Source: an uncultured Akkermansia sp. (GTDB taxonomy: Bacteria; Verrucomicrobiota; Verrucomicrobiia; Limisphaerales; UBA9464). Taken from it: a stretch of 64,000 nt of DNA. This document shows, one piece after another, positions 30,474-40,660 of this stretch. The stretch covers positions 13,959 to 77,958 of the forward strand of contig CAYSGH010000010.1 of assembly GCA_964430505.1 (NCBI GenBank), in the 5' to 3' direction. Within the stretch, counting starts at the first letter, position 1. Each line of letters starts with the position of its first letter. The notes under the pieces are model-generated. The model was not told the DNA's origin. It saw nothing but the letters and a program-made list of their open reading frames with translations, and searched no databases. The translations under genes and the position numbers were made by a program.

Positions 30474-33137
30474 ATGAACAAGCGTCTCGGGGCACTCGCG
30501 CAGGCATGGACGTTGGGCATGATGGCTGCGGTCGGCTGCCTGGAGCCTGTCGTCGGCGCCGTTCCAAGCCGGTTCCACTTCAAGGAGCCTTCCCACACCG
30601 AGTACGAGCTGGTGGCCGACGCATCGGGCGCTTCGGGGACGTCGGAATGGCTGGAGGCTACGCGGCCGGGGGCGGATGGAGGACGCGTGTTCCTCGGACG
30701 AAAGCTGGTGATCGGGGTGGAGCCGGGGGTGGACGTGGGCCGGGTCATGGCCGGCCGAGGCTTGGAGAAGCTTCGGACGGGCCCGGGCGGGCTGGAGATT
30801 TGGCAGGGTGCGGATGCCCGGGCGGTGGCTTCGGTGGCGATGGCCCTGGCGGCCGAGCCGGGCGTGCGCGTGGCATGTCCGGTCATGCGACGGGACTGGG
30901 TCCTGCACACGCCGTATGCGTCGCGGCCCAAGGACCCGCTGTACCCGAGGCAATGGCACCTGGAGAACCGCCTGGGGACGGGGCGTTCGCGCGGGCCGGA
31001 CCTGAATGCCCGCGCCGCGTGGCCGGTGGCGCGCGGGGCGGGGGTCGTGGTGGGGATCGCCGACAACGGCGTGGAGGTGGCCCACCCGGACCTGGTTGCA
31101 CGGACGACGGGGCAGCCGCACTTCGACTTCGACGCGTCCGTTCCCCGTGGCCTTGGGACGGGCGCGGGCGACCACGGCACGGCGGTGGCCGGGTTGGTTG
31201 CGGCAACGCCGGACAACAACCGCGGCGTTGCGGGCGTCGCACCCGCCGCAAGCCTCGCGTCCTTGGTGATCTTTGCGGACGACGGCGACGGGGGGGAAGC
31301 CATTGTCCCGGATGACGCCCTGGCGGACGTGTTCCGGTACCGGCCGGAGGACGTCTGGGTTCAGAACCACAGTTGGGGGATTGGCTCGACGCGGCAGGTG
31401 CCCCGAGACCCGCTCACGGACGCGGCGATTGACGAGGCGACGAGGCTGGGACGTGGCGGCCTGGGGACGGTGATCGTGCGGGCGGCGGGCAACGGCCGGG
31501 AAAACCTGCTGAATGCCAACGACGACGGATTCTCGGCGGACCCGAGGGTGATCAGCGTCGGGGCGGTGCGGATGGACGGCCGTGCGACAATCTACAGCGA
31601 GCTGGGAGCCAACCTGCTGGTGGCGGCCCCCTCGGGCGATCCCAAGGCCGACGGCTCGGAGGATCTGACCTCGCCCAACTTGCCCACGACGGATCGGCGT
31701 GGGACGGCGGGCTACAACTGGACCGTGGGCGACTCGGGCGACTACGGCAGCGGCGACAGCGGCTTCAACGGGACCTCCGCCTCGACGCCCCTCGTTTCCG
31801 GCGTCGTGGCGTTGCTCTTGTCGGCCCGGCCGCAGCTTTCCCTGCGGGACGTGCAGCAGGTCCTGGCACTGTCCTCGCGGCATTGGGACCTGACGGACCC
31901 GGACATGGCGACCAACGGGGCCGGGTTGCGGGTGAGCCACAGCCTGGGGTTTGGCGTGCCGGACTCCGGGTTGGCGGTGGAATTGGCCCGGCGCTGGGAG
32001 CCCCGTCCGAGGTTGGAGCGCGTGGTGGTGACGGCCCGGCCGTCCGCACCCATCCCGGACGACACGTGCCGCCTGGTGATCGAGGGCACGCCCTTGCTGC
32101 CTTCCAACCTGCGAAGCATCCGGGTGATCCCCGGGATGGGCGTGTTCCCGGACGCCGGGATGACGGCCGCGACGTTGCAGTACGTGGGCCGGGGCAATAC
32201 CAACCTTCCCGCGACGCTCAAGGGGCGCGTGGCGCTCATCGCGGAAGGAACCAATACCGAGGCCGACAAGGTGGCGCGGGCCGCCCGGGCGGGCGCGGTG
32301 GCGGCCGTCATCTTTCGCAACGCCGGGGACACGGAAATCGACGTCATGCCCGCCACGTCCTTGTCGCCCATCCCGGCCTTCCAGATGGGCCAGACGGCGG
32401 GCGACACGCTGGCGCGGGTGCTGGGAACCCGCACCAACTACACCGCGCGGGTCACCTCGTCGGCAGCCACCGTGCGGTTCAACGTGGACCGCTCGCTGAC
32501 CTGCGAGCACGTCGGCGTCCAGGTCCGCACCACGCACACGGCACGCGGCGACCTTCGCATCACCCTCGTCTCGCCCTCCGGGACGCGGTCCGTGCTCCAA
32601 AACCTGAGCGACGACACCAACGCGGGACCCACGGACTGGGTTTACTGGACGACGCACCACTTCTTCGAGCCGACGAAGGGGGAATGGGTGCTCGAAGTCC
32701 GTGACCTGCGGGAGAACGACCTCGGCACCCTCGTCTCGGCGGAGCTGATCGTGGAGGGCGTCCCCGTGACGGACGAGGACCAGGACGGGATGGACGACGC
32801 ATGGGAGCGCCGTTGGTTCGGAGGCTTGTCCCGGGGCCCCTTGGAGGACCCGGGCCAGCACGGGCTGATGTTGGTTCGGGAGCAATGCCTCGCGGGCGAC
32901 CCCATGGCCCCCGGGCATCCCTTCCCCAGGACGTTGCAGATCCTCGACAACGCGTTCGTCCGCGTGACGTTCCCCACCGTGATTGGCTGGGGCTATCGAC
33001 TGGAGTTCTCCAACGAGCTGGGCGGCGCCTCCGCCGTGCAGACCAACAGCCCCGGCCGCGTCGGCGAGGTCGAGTTGATGGTCCCCTACGAGGCCCGTGA
33101 CGAACGCTGGTACAAGGTCATCCCCACGCCGCCCTGA
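30474..33137 (+). CDS. Secreted S8 subtilisin/kexin-like serine protease with PA domain and proprotein-convertase P domain
   Basis: ATG 30474 gives [21 protein letters not shown]. Triad motifs [48 protein letters not shown]-like [12 protein letters not shown]...[12 protein letters not shown]-domain-like [23 protein letters not shown]...GEWVLEVRD. Confidence 0.9.
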   Translation: MNKRLGALAQAWTLGMMAAVGCLEPVVGAVPSRFHFKEPSHTEYELVADASGASGTSEWLEATRPGADGGRVFLGRKLVIGVEPGVDVGRVMAGRGLEKLRTGPGGLEIWQGADARAVASVAMALAAEPGVRVACPVMRRDWVLHTPYASRPKDPLYPRQWHLENRLGTGRSRGPDLNARAAWPVARGAGVVVGIADNGVEVAHPDLVARTTGQPHFDFDASVPRGLGTGAGDHGTAVAGLVAATPDNNRGVAGVAPAASLASLVIFADDGDGGEAIVPDDALADVFRYRPEDVWVQNHSWGIGSTRQVPRDPLTDAAIDEATRLGRGGLGTVIVRAAGNGRENLLNANDDGFSADPRVISVGAVRMDGRATIYSELGANLLVAAPSGDPKADGSEDLTSPNLPTTDRRGTAGYNWTVGDSGDYGSGDSGFNGTSASTPLVSGVVALLLSARPQLSLRDVQQVLALSSRHWDLTDPDMATNGAGLRVSHSLGFGVPDSGLAVELARRWEPRPRLERVVVTARPSAPIPDDTCRLVIEGTPLLPSNLRSIRVIPGMGVFPDAGMTAATLQYVGRGNTNLPATLKGRVALIAEGTNTEADKVARAARAGAVAAVIFRNAGDTEIDVMPATSLSPIPAFQMGQTAGDTLARVLGTRTNYTARVTSSAATVRFNVDRSLTCEHVGVQVRTTHTARGDLRITLVSPSGTRSVLQNLSDDTNAGPTDWVYWTTHHFFEPTKGEWVLEVRDLRENDLGTLVSAELIVEGVPVTDEDQDGMDDAWERRWFGGLSRGPLEDPGQHGLMLVREQCLAGDPMAPGHPFPRTLQILDNAFVRVTFPTVIGWGYRLEFSNELGGASAVQTNSPGRVGEVELMVPYEARDERWYKVIPTPP

Positions 33138-33157
33138 CGGAGTTCTGCCTGCGCCCG

Positions 33158-33898
33158 TCAGACCCCGCGCGCAACCGTCCAGACCACCGCTTCGCGGGCC
33201 CCGGCCCTTCGCAGGATGGAGGCGACCGCGTCCGTCGTCGCGCCCGTCGTCAGGACGTCGTCCACCACGATCCAGGACGTGCCCTCCAGCCGGGGACGTC
33301 CGCACGGGAAGAACGCCCGGCGGACGTTCGCGGCGCGTTGCTCGCGCGACAGGGTCGTCTGCGAGTCCGTCGGGACGCGCCGCACCACCAGGTCCGTCCG
33401 AACGGGCAACCCCAGCGGCCGCGCCAGGATCCGTGCCAAGCGCTCGGCCTGGTTGAACTCGCGCTCGCGTTGCCGCACCGGATGCAGCGGCACGGGCACG
33501 ATGCCCGCCCAGGGCGCGGAGCCGAGGTCCGCCAAGGCCGCCGGGAGCCAGAGATCCCGAAGGAACGGCTCCAGCCACAGCGCGCCGCCGTACTTGTACA
33601 GGTGGATCGCCTGGCGCACGGGGCCGTCCACCTCCACCGCCGCGCGTGCCCGGGAAAAAGCGAGGTCAACCCCGGAGCAGTTCGGGCACTCGAAGGCGTG
33701 CGTGATGGCCCCGGCAAACGGCAGCCCACAACGGTCGCAGGAAGGGCCCGTGATCGGCCGCACACGGGCACGGCATTCATCGCACACAAAACCCTGTGCC
33801 GACGTGGCATGACGCTCGTGGCAAAGCTGGCAGCGCTCCGGGAAAACAAGGCTCAAGGCCGCGCGGGCGGCGGCCTGGATGGCAAGTCGTGGCTTCAT
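33158..33898 (-). CDS. ComF-family phosphoribosyltransferase-domain protein
   Basis: N-terminal zinc-finger pattern CQLCH...CDEC...CDRCG...CPNC and the PRTase motif IVVDDVLTTGATT. ATG 33898 (MKPRLAIQ...). Confidence 0.85.
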   Translation of the reverse strand: MKPRLAIQAAARAALSLVFPERCQLCHERHATSAQGFVCDECRARVRPITGPSCDRCGLPFAGAITHAFECPNCSGVDLAFSRARAAVEVDGPVRQAIHLYKYGGALWLEPFLRDLWLPAALADLGSAPWAGIVPVPLHPVRQREREFNQAERLARILARPLGLPVRTDLVVRRVPTDSQTTLSREQRAANVRRAFFPCGRPRLEGTSWIVVDDVLTTGATTDAVASILRRAGAREAVVWTVARGV

Positions 33899-34120
33899 GG
33901 GCTCGGCCCCGCACCCGGGGCGTCGAACTCCACGGTGGCGCACGGGGACGCCCGGCGCGAGGGCCCTTCCCATGGCCGTCAGTCATCGCCCTCACGACGT
34001 TGGTTGCCAGCGGTTTTCCCGCCGCCACGCGGGCCTTGAGCCACCGCCGTCCGCCGCGAGCCCATGGAATCCATCCTTGCCGGGCTGACGTCCGGGCGGT
34101 TAGACGTCCGCACCTTGACC

Positions 34121-36940
34121 ATGGGCAAGCCACTGATCATTGCCGAGAAGCCATCCGTTGCCGCCGACATCACGCGCGCCCTCGGCGGCTTCCAAAAGGA
34201 CAAGTCCGGCACCTTCTACGAAAGCGCCAACGCCGTGGTGTCCTTCGCCGTCGGGCACCTGCTGGAGCTGATCGTCCCGGACGAGTTCGAGGTGAAGAAG
34301 GGGAAGTGGTCCTTTGCCGCCTTGCCACACCTGCCGCCCCGGTTTGGCCTCGCCCCGACGGACAAGGGCCAGGAGCAGCTCAAGGCGCTCGCGCGATTGG
34401 TCAAGCGCAAGGACGTGGACACCCTCGTGAATGCCTGCGACGCCGGGCGCGAAGGGGAGCTCATCTTCCGCAACATCGCCGCCTACACCGCCGCGCGGCA
34501 GCCCGTCCAACGCCTCTGGCTCCAGTCCATGACGCCCCAGGCCATCCGCGAGGGGTTCGAGCGGCTGCGTTCCGACGCCGACATGCGCCCCCTGGCGGAC
34601 GCCTCGCGGTGCCGTTCCGAGGCGGACTGGCTCGTGGGGATCAACGGGACCCGCGCCATGACGGCCTTCAACAGCAAGGCGGGCGGCTTCTTCCTCACGA
34701 CCGTCGGACGCGTGCAGACGCCGACCCTCGCCATCGTCGTCGAGCGCGAAGACCGCATCCGGCGCTTCGTGCCCCGGACCTACTGGGAGGTGCAGGGAAC
34801 GTTCGAGGGCTCCGGCGGCGCCTACGCGGGCAAGTGGTTCGATGAATCCTTCCGAAAGCCCGAGGGGAAGGATGCGGACGCGGATCTCCGCGCGGAGCGG
34901 ATCTGGGACCGGGAGCGCGCCGAGGGCATCCGGGCGCGGTGCGAGGGCAGGCCGGGGGTGGTGACGGAGGAAAGCAAGGCGGCGACGCAGCTCTCGCCCC
35001 TGCTGTATGACCTGACGACGCTGCAACGGGAGGCCAACGGGCGGTTTGGTTTCAGCGCGAAGAACACCCTCTCCATTGCCCAGGCATTGTACGAGAAGCA
35101 CAAGGTCCTCACCTATCCCCGTACCGACTCGCGGCACCTCCCGGAGGACTACCTCGCCACGGTGCGCAAGACGTTGCAGGGGTTCACGGAGCCGGAGGCG
35201 GCCGGGCTGCCGTTCGGGGGCTTCGCGGGCCGCATCCTCTCCGAGGGCTGGCTGCGGCCCAACAAGCGCGTCTTCAACAACGCCAAGGTCAGCGACCACT
35301 TCGCCATCATCCCCACCGGCGTGGTGCCGCGCGGCCTGAGCGAGGCGGAGCAAAAGTTGTTCGACATGGTGACGCGGCGCTTCCTCGCCATCTTCTATCC
35401 CGCCGCCGAGTTCCTGGAGACGACGCGCATCACGCGCGTGGAGGGCGAGCCCTTCAAGAGCGTGGGCAAGGTGCTGGTGAAGGCGGGCTGGCTGGAGGTG
35501 TACGGCAAGGAGGCGGCGGCGGACGACGAGACGCCCAACCTCGCGCCGGTCGTCGCGGGCGAGACGGTGGAGACGCGGGCCATCGACGTGCGGGAAACCC
35601 AGACCAAGCCGCCCGCGCGGTTCACCGAGGCCACGTTGCTCAGCGCCATGGAGGGCGCGGGCAAGGCCATCGAGGACGACGAGCTGCGCGACGCCATGGC
35701 CGAGCGCGGCCTCGGCACGCCCGCCACGCGGGCCTCCATCATCGAGGGCCTCCTCACCGAGGGCTACCTCCTCCGCCAAGGACGCGAGCTCGTCGCCACC
35801 GCCAAGGCCTTCTCCCTCATCCAGCTCCTCGGCGGGCTCGGCGTGTCCGAGCTCACGCGCCCCGACCTCACCGGCGAGTGGGAGTTCCGCCTCAAGCGCA
35901 TGGAACAGGGCAAGCTCGGCCGGGACGAGTTCATGTCCGACATCCGCCACTTCACCGAGGAAATGGTCCGGAAGGCGAAGCTGTACGACAAGGACACCAT
36001 CCCGGGGGACTTCGGGAAGCTGACGACGCCGTGCCCGCGCTGCGGCGGCGAGGTCCACGAGAAGTTCCGCGAGTTCAAGTGCACCCAGTGCACGTTCGCC
36101 GTCCGCAAGGTGATGTCCGGCCGGATGTTCGACCCGGCGGAGGTGGAGACGCTGGTGCGCGAGCGCCAGATCGGCCCGTTGGACGGGTTCCGATCCAAGC
36201 TGGGCCGCCCCTTCTCCGCCGTCATCAAGCTCACGGCGGAGCACGAGGCGAAGTTCGACTTCGGGGACGACGGAGCCGACGGCGAGGGGGGCGAGGAAAA
36301 GCCCGTGGACTTCACCGGGCGCGAGCCCGTCGGCGCGTGCCCCAAGTGCCAGGCGCGCGTGTTCGAGAACGGCGCGAACTACGCCTGCGAGAAGTCCGTC
36401 GGGGCCGGCAAGAGCTGCGACTTCCGGACGGGCGTCCTCATCCTGGGGCAGCCCGTGGACCGCATCCAGGCGGGGCGTTTGCTTGGCGAGGGACGCACGG
36501 AGCTGCTCAAGGGCTTCGTCTCGCGAAAGACCAACCGCAAGTTCGAGGCCTTCCTCGTCCTCAAGGACGGCAAGGTGGGCTTCGAGTTCCCGCCGCGGGA
36601 ACGCAAGGGCCCCGCCAAGGCCGCCGCCGCGCCCGTCGTCCACGACTTCACCGGCCAGGCGCCCCTGGGCCAGTGCCCCAAGTGCAAGGGCAACCTCTAC
36701 GTGGGCGGCGACCACTACCTGTGCGAGCGCACCCAGGCCGCCGAGAAGCGCTGCGCCTTCAAGGTCGGGCGCACCATCCTCGGGCGCGCCATCGAGCCGG
36801 AGCAGCTCGCCAAGCTGGCCAAGGACGGCCGCACCGACCTGCTCGAGGGCTTCACCAGCCGCTCCGGACGCCCCTTCAAGGCCCACCTCGTCCTCAAGGG
36901 CAAGACCAAGGTCGAGTTCGAGTTCCCCGACTCGCGCTGA
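34121..36940 (+). CDS. topB: DNA topoisomerase III with three C-terminal zinc ribbons
   Basis: Toprim start MGKPLIIAEKPSVAADI, active-site tyrosine context LTYPRTDSRHL, QTPTLAIVVERE. C-terminal CPRCGG..CTQC, CPKCQA..YACE, CPKCKG..YLCE. Confidence 0.93.
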   Translation: MGKPLIIAEKPSVAADITRALGGFQKDKSGTFYESANAVVSFAVGHLLELIVPDEFEVKKGKWSFAALPHLPPRFGLAPTDKGQEQLKALARLVKRKDVDTLVNACDAGREGELIFRNIAAYTAARQPVQRLWLQSMTPQAIREGFERLRSDADMRPLADASRCRSEADWLVGINGTRAMTAFNSKAGGFFLTTVGRVQTPTLAIVVEREDRIRRFVPRTYWEVQGTFEGSGGAYAGKWFDESFRKPEGKDADADLRAERIWDRERAEGIRARCEGRPGVVTEESKAATQLSPLLYDLTTLQREANGRFGFSAKNTLSIAQALYEKHKVLTYPRTDSRHLPEDYLATVRKTLQGFTEPEAAGLPFGGFAGRILSEGWLRPNKRVFNNAKVSDHFAIIPTGVVPRGLSEAEQKLFDMVTRRFLAIFYPAAEFLETTRITRVEGEPFKSVGKVLVKAGWLEVYGKEAAADDETPNLAPVVAGETVETRAIDVRETQTKPPARFTEATLLSAMEGAGKAIEDDELRDAMAERGLGTPATRASIIEGLLTEGYLLRQGRELVATAKAFSLIQLLGGLGVSELTRPDLTGEWEFRLKRMEQGKLGRDEFMSDIRHFTEEMVRKAKLYDKDTIPGDFGKLTTPCPRCGGEVHEKFREFKCTQCTFAVRKVMSGRMFDPAEVETLVRERQIGPLDGFRSKLGRPFSAVIKLTAEHEAKFDFGDDGADGEGGEEKPVDFTGREPVGACPKCQARVFENGANYACEKSVGAGKSCDFRTGVLILGQPVDRIQAGRLLGEGRTELLKGFVSRKTNRKFEAFLVLKDGKVGFEFPPRERKGPAKAAAAPVVHDFTGQAPLGQCPKCKGNLYVGGDHYLCERTQAAEKRCAFKVGRTILGRAIEPEQLAKLAKDGRTDLLEGFTSRSGRPFKAHLVLKGKTKVEFEFPDSR

Positions 36941-37298
36941 ACCGGCCCCGCTCCCCGCTACCTGCTGCCCGCTTGGCACCTCGCCTCGCGCGTGGCATGG
37001 CCCTGCCTGCCATCCTGCCGGGGCATTCCGAGATTTGTCGTGAAGCAACTGCCGAGGGGTCTTTATCCTTTCGCCTAGAGGACGGTTCCCACGCGGCAAT
37101 GAGCACTCCCTCCAGAACTGCACGAGCGACCTCCCTTGGGGGGCCAAAGACGGGCAACAAGGGATGGGCGAGCCTCTTGCTGGATCGCCTAGGGCGCCCG
37201 CCAAGGCTGTCCTTGGCCGGAACGATTCAGTTGGATCGGTCGTGCTTGGGCGCAGCCCACCGGGTGGGTAGCACCCCCATTCGTTGCTCCGGCCTCCC

Positions 37299-40200
37299 AT
37301 GAATCCCGAAGTCCGCACACCGTCCGGCATCCGGGACAACCACCAACGTGGGACCGTCGGGAACTTTCTGCGTCATCACCTGAGACCGGGAGCCGACCTC
37401 GATCTCGTCACCGCCTACTTCACCGTGTACGCCCATGACCGGTTGAAGTCGGAGCTGGCATCCTTGGGACGCGTTCGTCTCCTCTTTGGGGAGGCCGCCT
37501 TCATCCACACGCTCGACCCGGGCAGGAAGGACGGGGCCGCCTACGTGCTCACCGACGATGGCCTTTCGCTTCCTGCGGGCCTCTCCCAGCGGCACGTCGC
37601 CCGCGCCTGCGCCGACTGGATCCGCGAACGGGTGGAGGTTCGGTCGGTCACGCGCACGGGATTCCTCCACGGCAAGATGTCCCACGTGCGACGCGGCGAG
37701 TTGTCCGCCGCCATTGTGGGCAGCTCCAACTTCACCACGCGCGGCCTCGGGCTCGCCGAGGCCAACAACAACGTGGAGTTGAACCTCGTGGTGAGCGACG
37801 ACCGCGACCGCATGGACCTCGCCACGTGGTTCGAGGAGCTTTGGAACGACCCCGCCCGCGTGGAGGACGTGAAGGCCCGCGTCCTGGAATACCTGTCGCA
37901 GGTCTATCGCGACCAACCCCCCGAGTTCATCTACTTCAAGACGCTGTTCCACCTCTTCAAGCCGTTCCTCGAAAGCGGCACCGACCTCGACGCGGCTCTC
38001 CAGCGGACCACGCTGCTGGAGGCGGCGATCTGGAAGGCCCTGTTCTCCTTCCAGAAGGACGGCGCAAAGGCCGCCATCAACAAGCTGCGCGAGCACGGCG
38101 GATGCATCCTCGCGGACAGCGTCGGACTCGGGAAAACCTTCGAGGCCCTCGCAGTCATCAAGTACTTCGAGCTGAAGAACGAGCGCGTCCTTGTGCTCTG
38201 CCCCAGGAAGCTGGCCGACAACTGGCTCATCTACCGCCAGAACAGCGCCCTCAACCCCTTCGAGAAGGACCGGTTCCGCTACGACGTCCTGCACCACACC
38301 GACCTCTCGCGCGAGTCCGGCCTCTCCAACGGCATCGACCTCGCCTCCCTCAACTGGAGCAACTACGACCTCGTCGTCATCGACGAGTCCCACAACTTCC
38401 GCAACAACACCGTCGGCCCCAAGGGCGACGATGGCCAACCCGTGCGGCGCACGCGTTACGAGCGGCTCATCGAGGACATCATCGGCAAGGGCATTCGCTC
38501 CAAGGTCCTGCTCCTCTCCGCCACCCCGGTCAACAACGAGCTCGCCGACCTCCGCAACCAAATCTCCTTCATCGCAGGTGGCGACGTCGCCCGGGATCCC
38601 AGGGTGGACGCCGCCTTCGCAACCACGCTCGGCGTCCGCAGCCTCAAGGCCACCACCCGCGACGCCCAGGTCCGCTTCACCACGTGGGCCAAGCGCCCCC
38701 CGAACGAACGCGACAAGAAGGACCTCATCCATGTTCTGGGCGGAGACTTCCTCAAGCTCCTCGACGCCCTCACCATTGCCCGGTCCCGCCGCCACATCGC
38801 CACCCATTACGAGGCGGAGATGAAGCGGCTGGGCGGCTTTCCTAAGCGCCTTCCGCCCGCGTCCATCCACTCGGAGATCGACTCGGCGGGGGCCTTCCCC
38901 AGCTACGACGACGTCGCGGCCAAGCTGGACCAGTACAAGCTGTGGCTATTCCGGCCCTCGGAGCACTTGCGCCAGGACCTGCCCCGGGACACGCGGGACG
39001 CCTACGAGCGGCGCATCGGCGGGTTCACCCAGCAAGGCCGCGAGCGCATCCTGACCGGCATGATGCGCGTCAGCCTCCTCAAGCGCCTCGAAAGCTCCAT
39101 CGACTCCTTCCGCATCTCCCTCCGGCGGATGCTGGGGAAGATCGAGCATCTGGAGGCCCGGATGGCGCGCTTCGAGAAGTTCCAGCAGGAGAACCCCAAC
39201 CTCGACCACGACACGCTCGGCCCCGAGGAGCTGGATGACCCCGAGCTGGCGGAGGCCCTGGAGGTGGGCCGCCGGACCACCTTCAAGATGGCCCACCTCG
39301 ACCTCGACCTGTGGCGCGTCCACCTGGCAGACGACCGCCTTCAGCTCAGCGCCTTGCTCCTGCTGGCCGAGCCCATCCATCCCAGCCGCGACGCCAAGCT
39401 CGCGGAGTTGAAGGCCCGGATTGCCAGCAAGGCCCGGAACCCCACCCTGGACAAGGACGGCCAGCCCAACCGCAAGGTCCTCGTCTTCACCGCCTACGCG
39501 GACACCGCCCGCTACCTGTACGACCAGTTGCACCCATGGGCCCGGCAGGAGCTGGGCCTCCATGCCTCATTGGTGGTGGGCAGTGGCGAGAACGCATCCA
39601 CTTACACCGCCTCCACCAGCTTCACCGACGTGCTCCTCGACTTTTCACCCCGCTCCAAGCGGCGTGCCGAGCTTCGCGCAAAGCCCGATTCCGCAGAGGT
39701 GGACCTTCTCGTCGCCTCCGACTGCATCTCCGAGGGCCAAAACCTCCAGGACTGCGACACGGTCATCAATTACGACATCCACTGGAACCCCGTCCGCATC
39801 GTCCAGCGCTTTGGCCGCATCGACCGCATCGGATCCAAGGCCGTCTCCGTTCACCTCGTCAACTTCTGGCCCACCGCGCACCTCGACCGCTACATCAACC
39901 TCAAGCTGCGCGTGGAGGCACGCATGGCGCTGGTGGACCTCGCCGCCACCCAGACCGACAACCCCCTCGACGAGCAGCAGATCGAGGACCTCGTCACCGC
40001 CGACCTGCGCCTCCGAGACCGCCAGCTTGTCCGCCTCAAGGACGAGGTGCTCGACCTCGAAGACCTCGACGACGCCGTCACCCTGGCAGACTTCTCCCTC
40101 GACGACTTCCGCCTCGACCTCCTGCGGTACCTGGAGGCCAACCGTGCGCGGCTCGAACAGGCTCCTTCGGGGCTTTACGCCGTGGTGCCCTCGGTGGCCT

Positions 40201-40649
40201 CCATTCCCATCGCCCAACCCGGGGCCATCTTCTGCCTGCGCCACAAAGGCGGCGAGTCCGCCGCCAAGAACGACAAGGTCAACCCGCTCAATCCGCACTA
40301 CCTGGTGTATGTCCATGCCGACGGCCAGGTGCGGATGACGTTCACGCAGTCCAAGTCCGTCCTGAACCTGTGTCGCGAGCTGGCGCTCGGGAAGACGGAA
40401 CCCTACGCGGAATTCTGCCGCCTGTTTGACCGTCAGACCGAGCAGGGGAGCAACCTGTGCGCCTACGATGACATGCTGCGCAGCGCCGTGACGTCGATCA
40501 CCGCGACGTTCCAACAGAAGCTCGCCGCCGGTTTGCAGAGTGGACGCCAGTTCATCCTGCCCACGCTGGAAGAACAGGTGGCCGCCGATTCAGAGTTCGA
40601 GCTGCTCACTTGGCTCGTGATCCTGTCACCGGCGTCGCCCGGCACCTGA
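37299..40649 (+). CDS. PLD-family (single HKD) nuclease domain fused to a SNF2-type SF2 helicase
   Basis: HKD motif GFLHGKMSHV...AIVGSSNFTTRGLG. SNF2 motifs ILADSVGLGKTFEALAV (I), DLVVIDESHNFRN (II), LLLSATPVNN (III), DCISEGQNLQDC...DIHWNPVRIVQRFGRIDRIGS (V/VI). ATG 37299 is preferred over TTG 37284. Confidence 0.9.
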   Translation: MNPEVRTPSGIRDNHQRGTVGNFLRHHLRPGADLDLVTAYFTVYAHDRLKSELASLGRVRLLFGEAAFIHTLDPGRKDGAAYVLTDDGLSLPAGLSQRHVARACADWIRERVEVRSVTRTGFLHGKMSHVRRGELSAAIVGSSNFTTRGLGLAEANNNVELNLVVSDDRDRMDLATWFEELWNDPARVEDVKARVLEYLSQVYRDQPPEFIYFKTLFHLFKPFLESGTDLDAALQRTTLLEAAIWKALFSFQKDGAKAAINKLREHGGCILADSVGLGKTFEALAVIKYFELKNERVLVLCPRKLADNWLIYRQNSALNPFEKDRFRYDVLHHTDLSRESGLSNGIDLASLNWSNYDLVVIDESHNFRNNTVGPKGDDGQPVRRTRYERLIEDIIGKGIRSKVLLLSATPVNNELADLRNQISFIAGGDVARDPRVDAAFATTLGVRSLKATTRDAQVRFTTWAKRPPNERDKKDLIHVLGGDFLKLLDALTIARSRRHIATHYEAEMKRLGGFPKRLPPASIHSEIDSAGAFPSYDDVAAKLDQYKLWLFRPSEHLRQDLPRDTRDAYERRIGGFTQQGRERILTGMMRVSLLKRLESSIDSFRISLRRMLGKIEHLEARMARFEKFQQENPNLDHDTLGPEELDDPELAEALEVGRRTTFKMAHLDLDLWRVHLADDRLQLSALLLLAEPIHPSRDAKLAELKARIASKARNPTLDKDGQPNRKVLVFTAYADTARYLYDQLHPWARQELGLHASLVVGSGENASTYTASTSFTDVLLDFSPRSKRRAELRAKPDSAEVDLLVASDCISEGQNLQDCDTVINYDIHWNPVRIVQRFGRIDRIGSKAVSVHLVNFWPTAHLDRYINLKLRVEARMALVDLAATQTDNPLDEQQIEDLVTADLRLRDRQLVRLKDEVLDLEDLDDAVTLADFSLDDFRLDLLRYLEANRARLEQAPSGLYAVVPSVASIPIAQPGAIFCLRHKGGESAAKNDKVNPLNPHYLVYVHADGQVRMTFTQSKSVLNLCRELALGKTEPYAEFCRLFDRQTEQGSNLCAYDDMLRSAVTSITATFQQKLAAGLQSGRQFILPTLEEQVAADSEFELLTWLVILSPASPGT

Positions 40650-40660
40650 TCGCCGCGCCC

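Noticed and set aside
34100-37339. 1079-aa ORF on the minus strand opposite topB. Similar giant antisense or off-frame ORFs: 3681..5705(-), 15490..18135(+), 17292..19688(+), 25105..28557(+), 30345..33578(-), 49040..54238(-), 60661..62976(-), 63016..63990(-).
   Set aside because: These are shadow ORFs expected in ~70% GC DNA. Their translations are Arg/Pro/Gly/Ala-rich with no motifs. Each is fully overlapped by an opposite-strand or alternative-frame ORF with clear family signatures.
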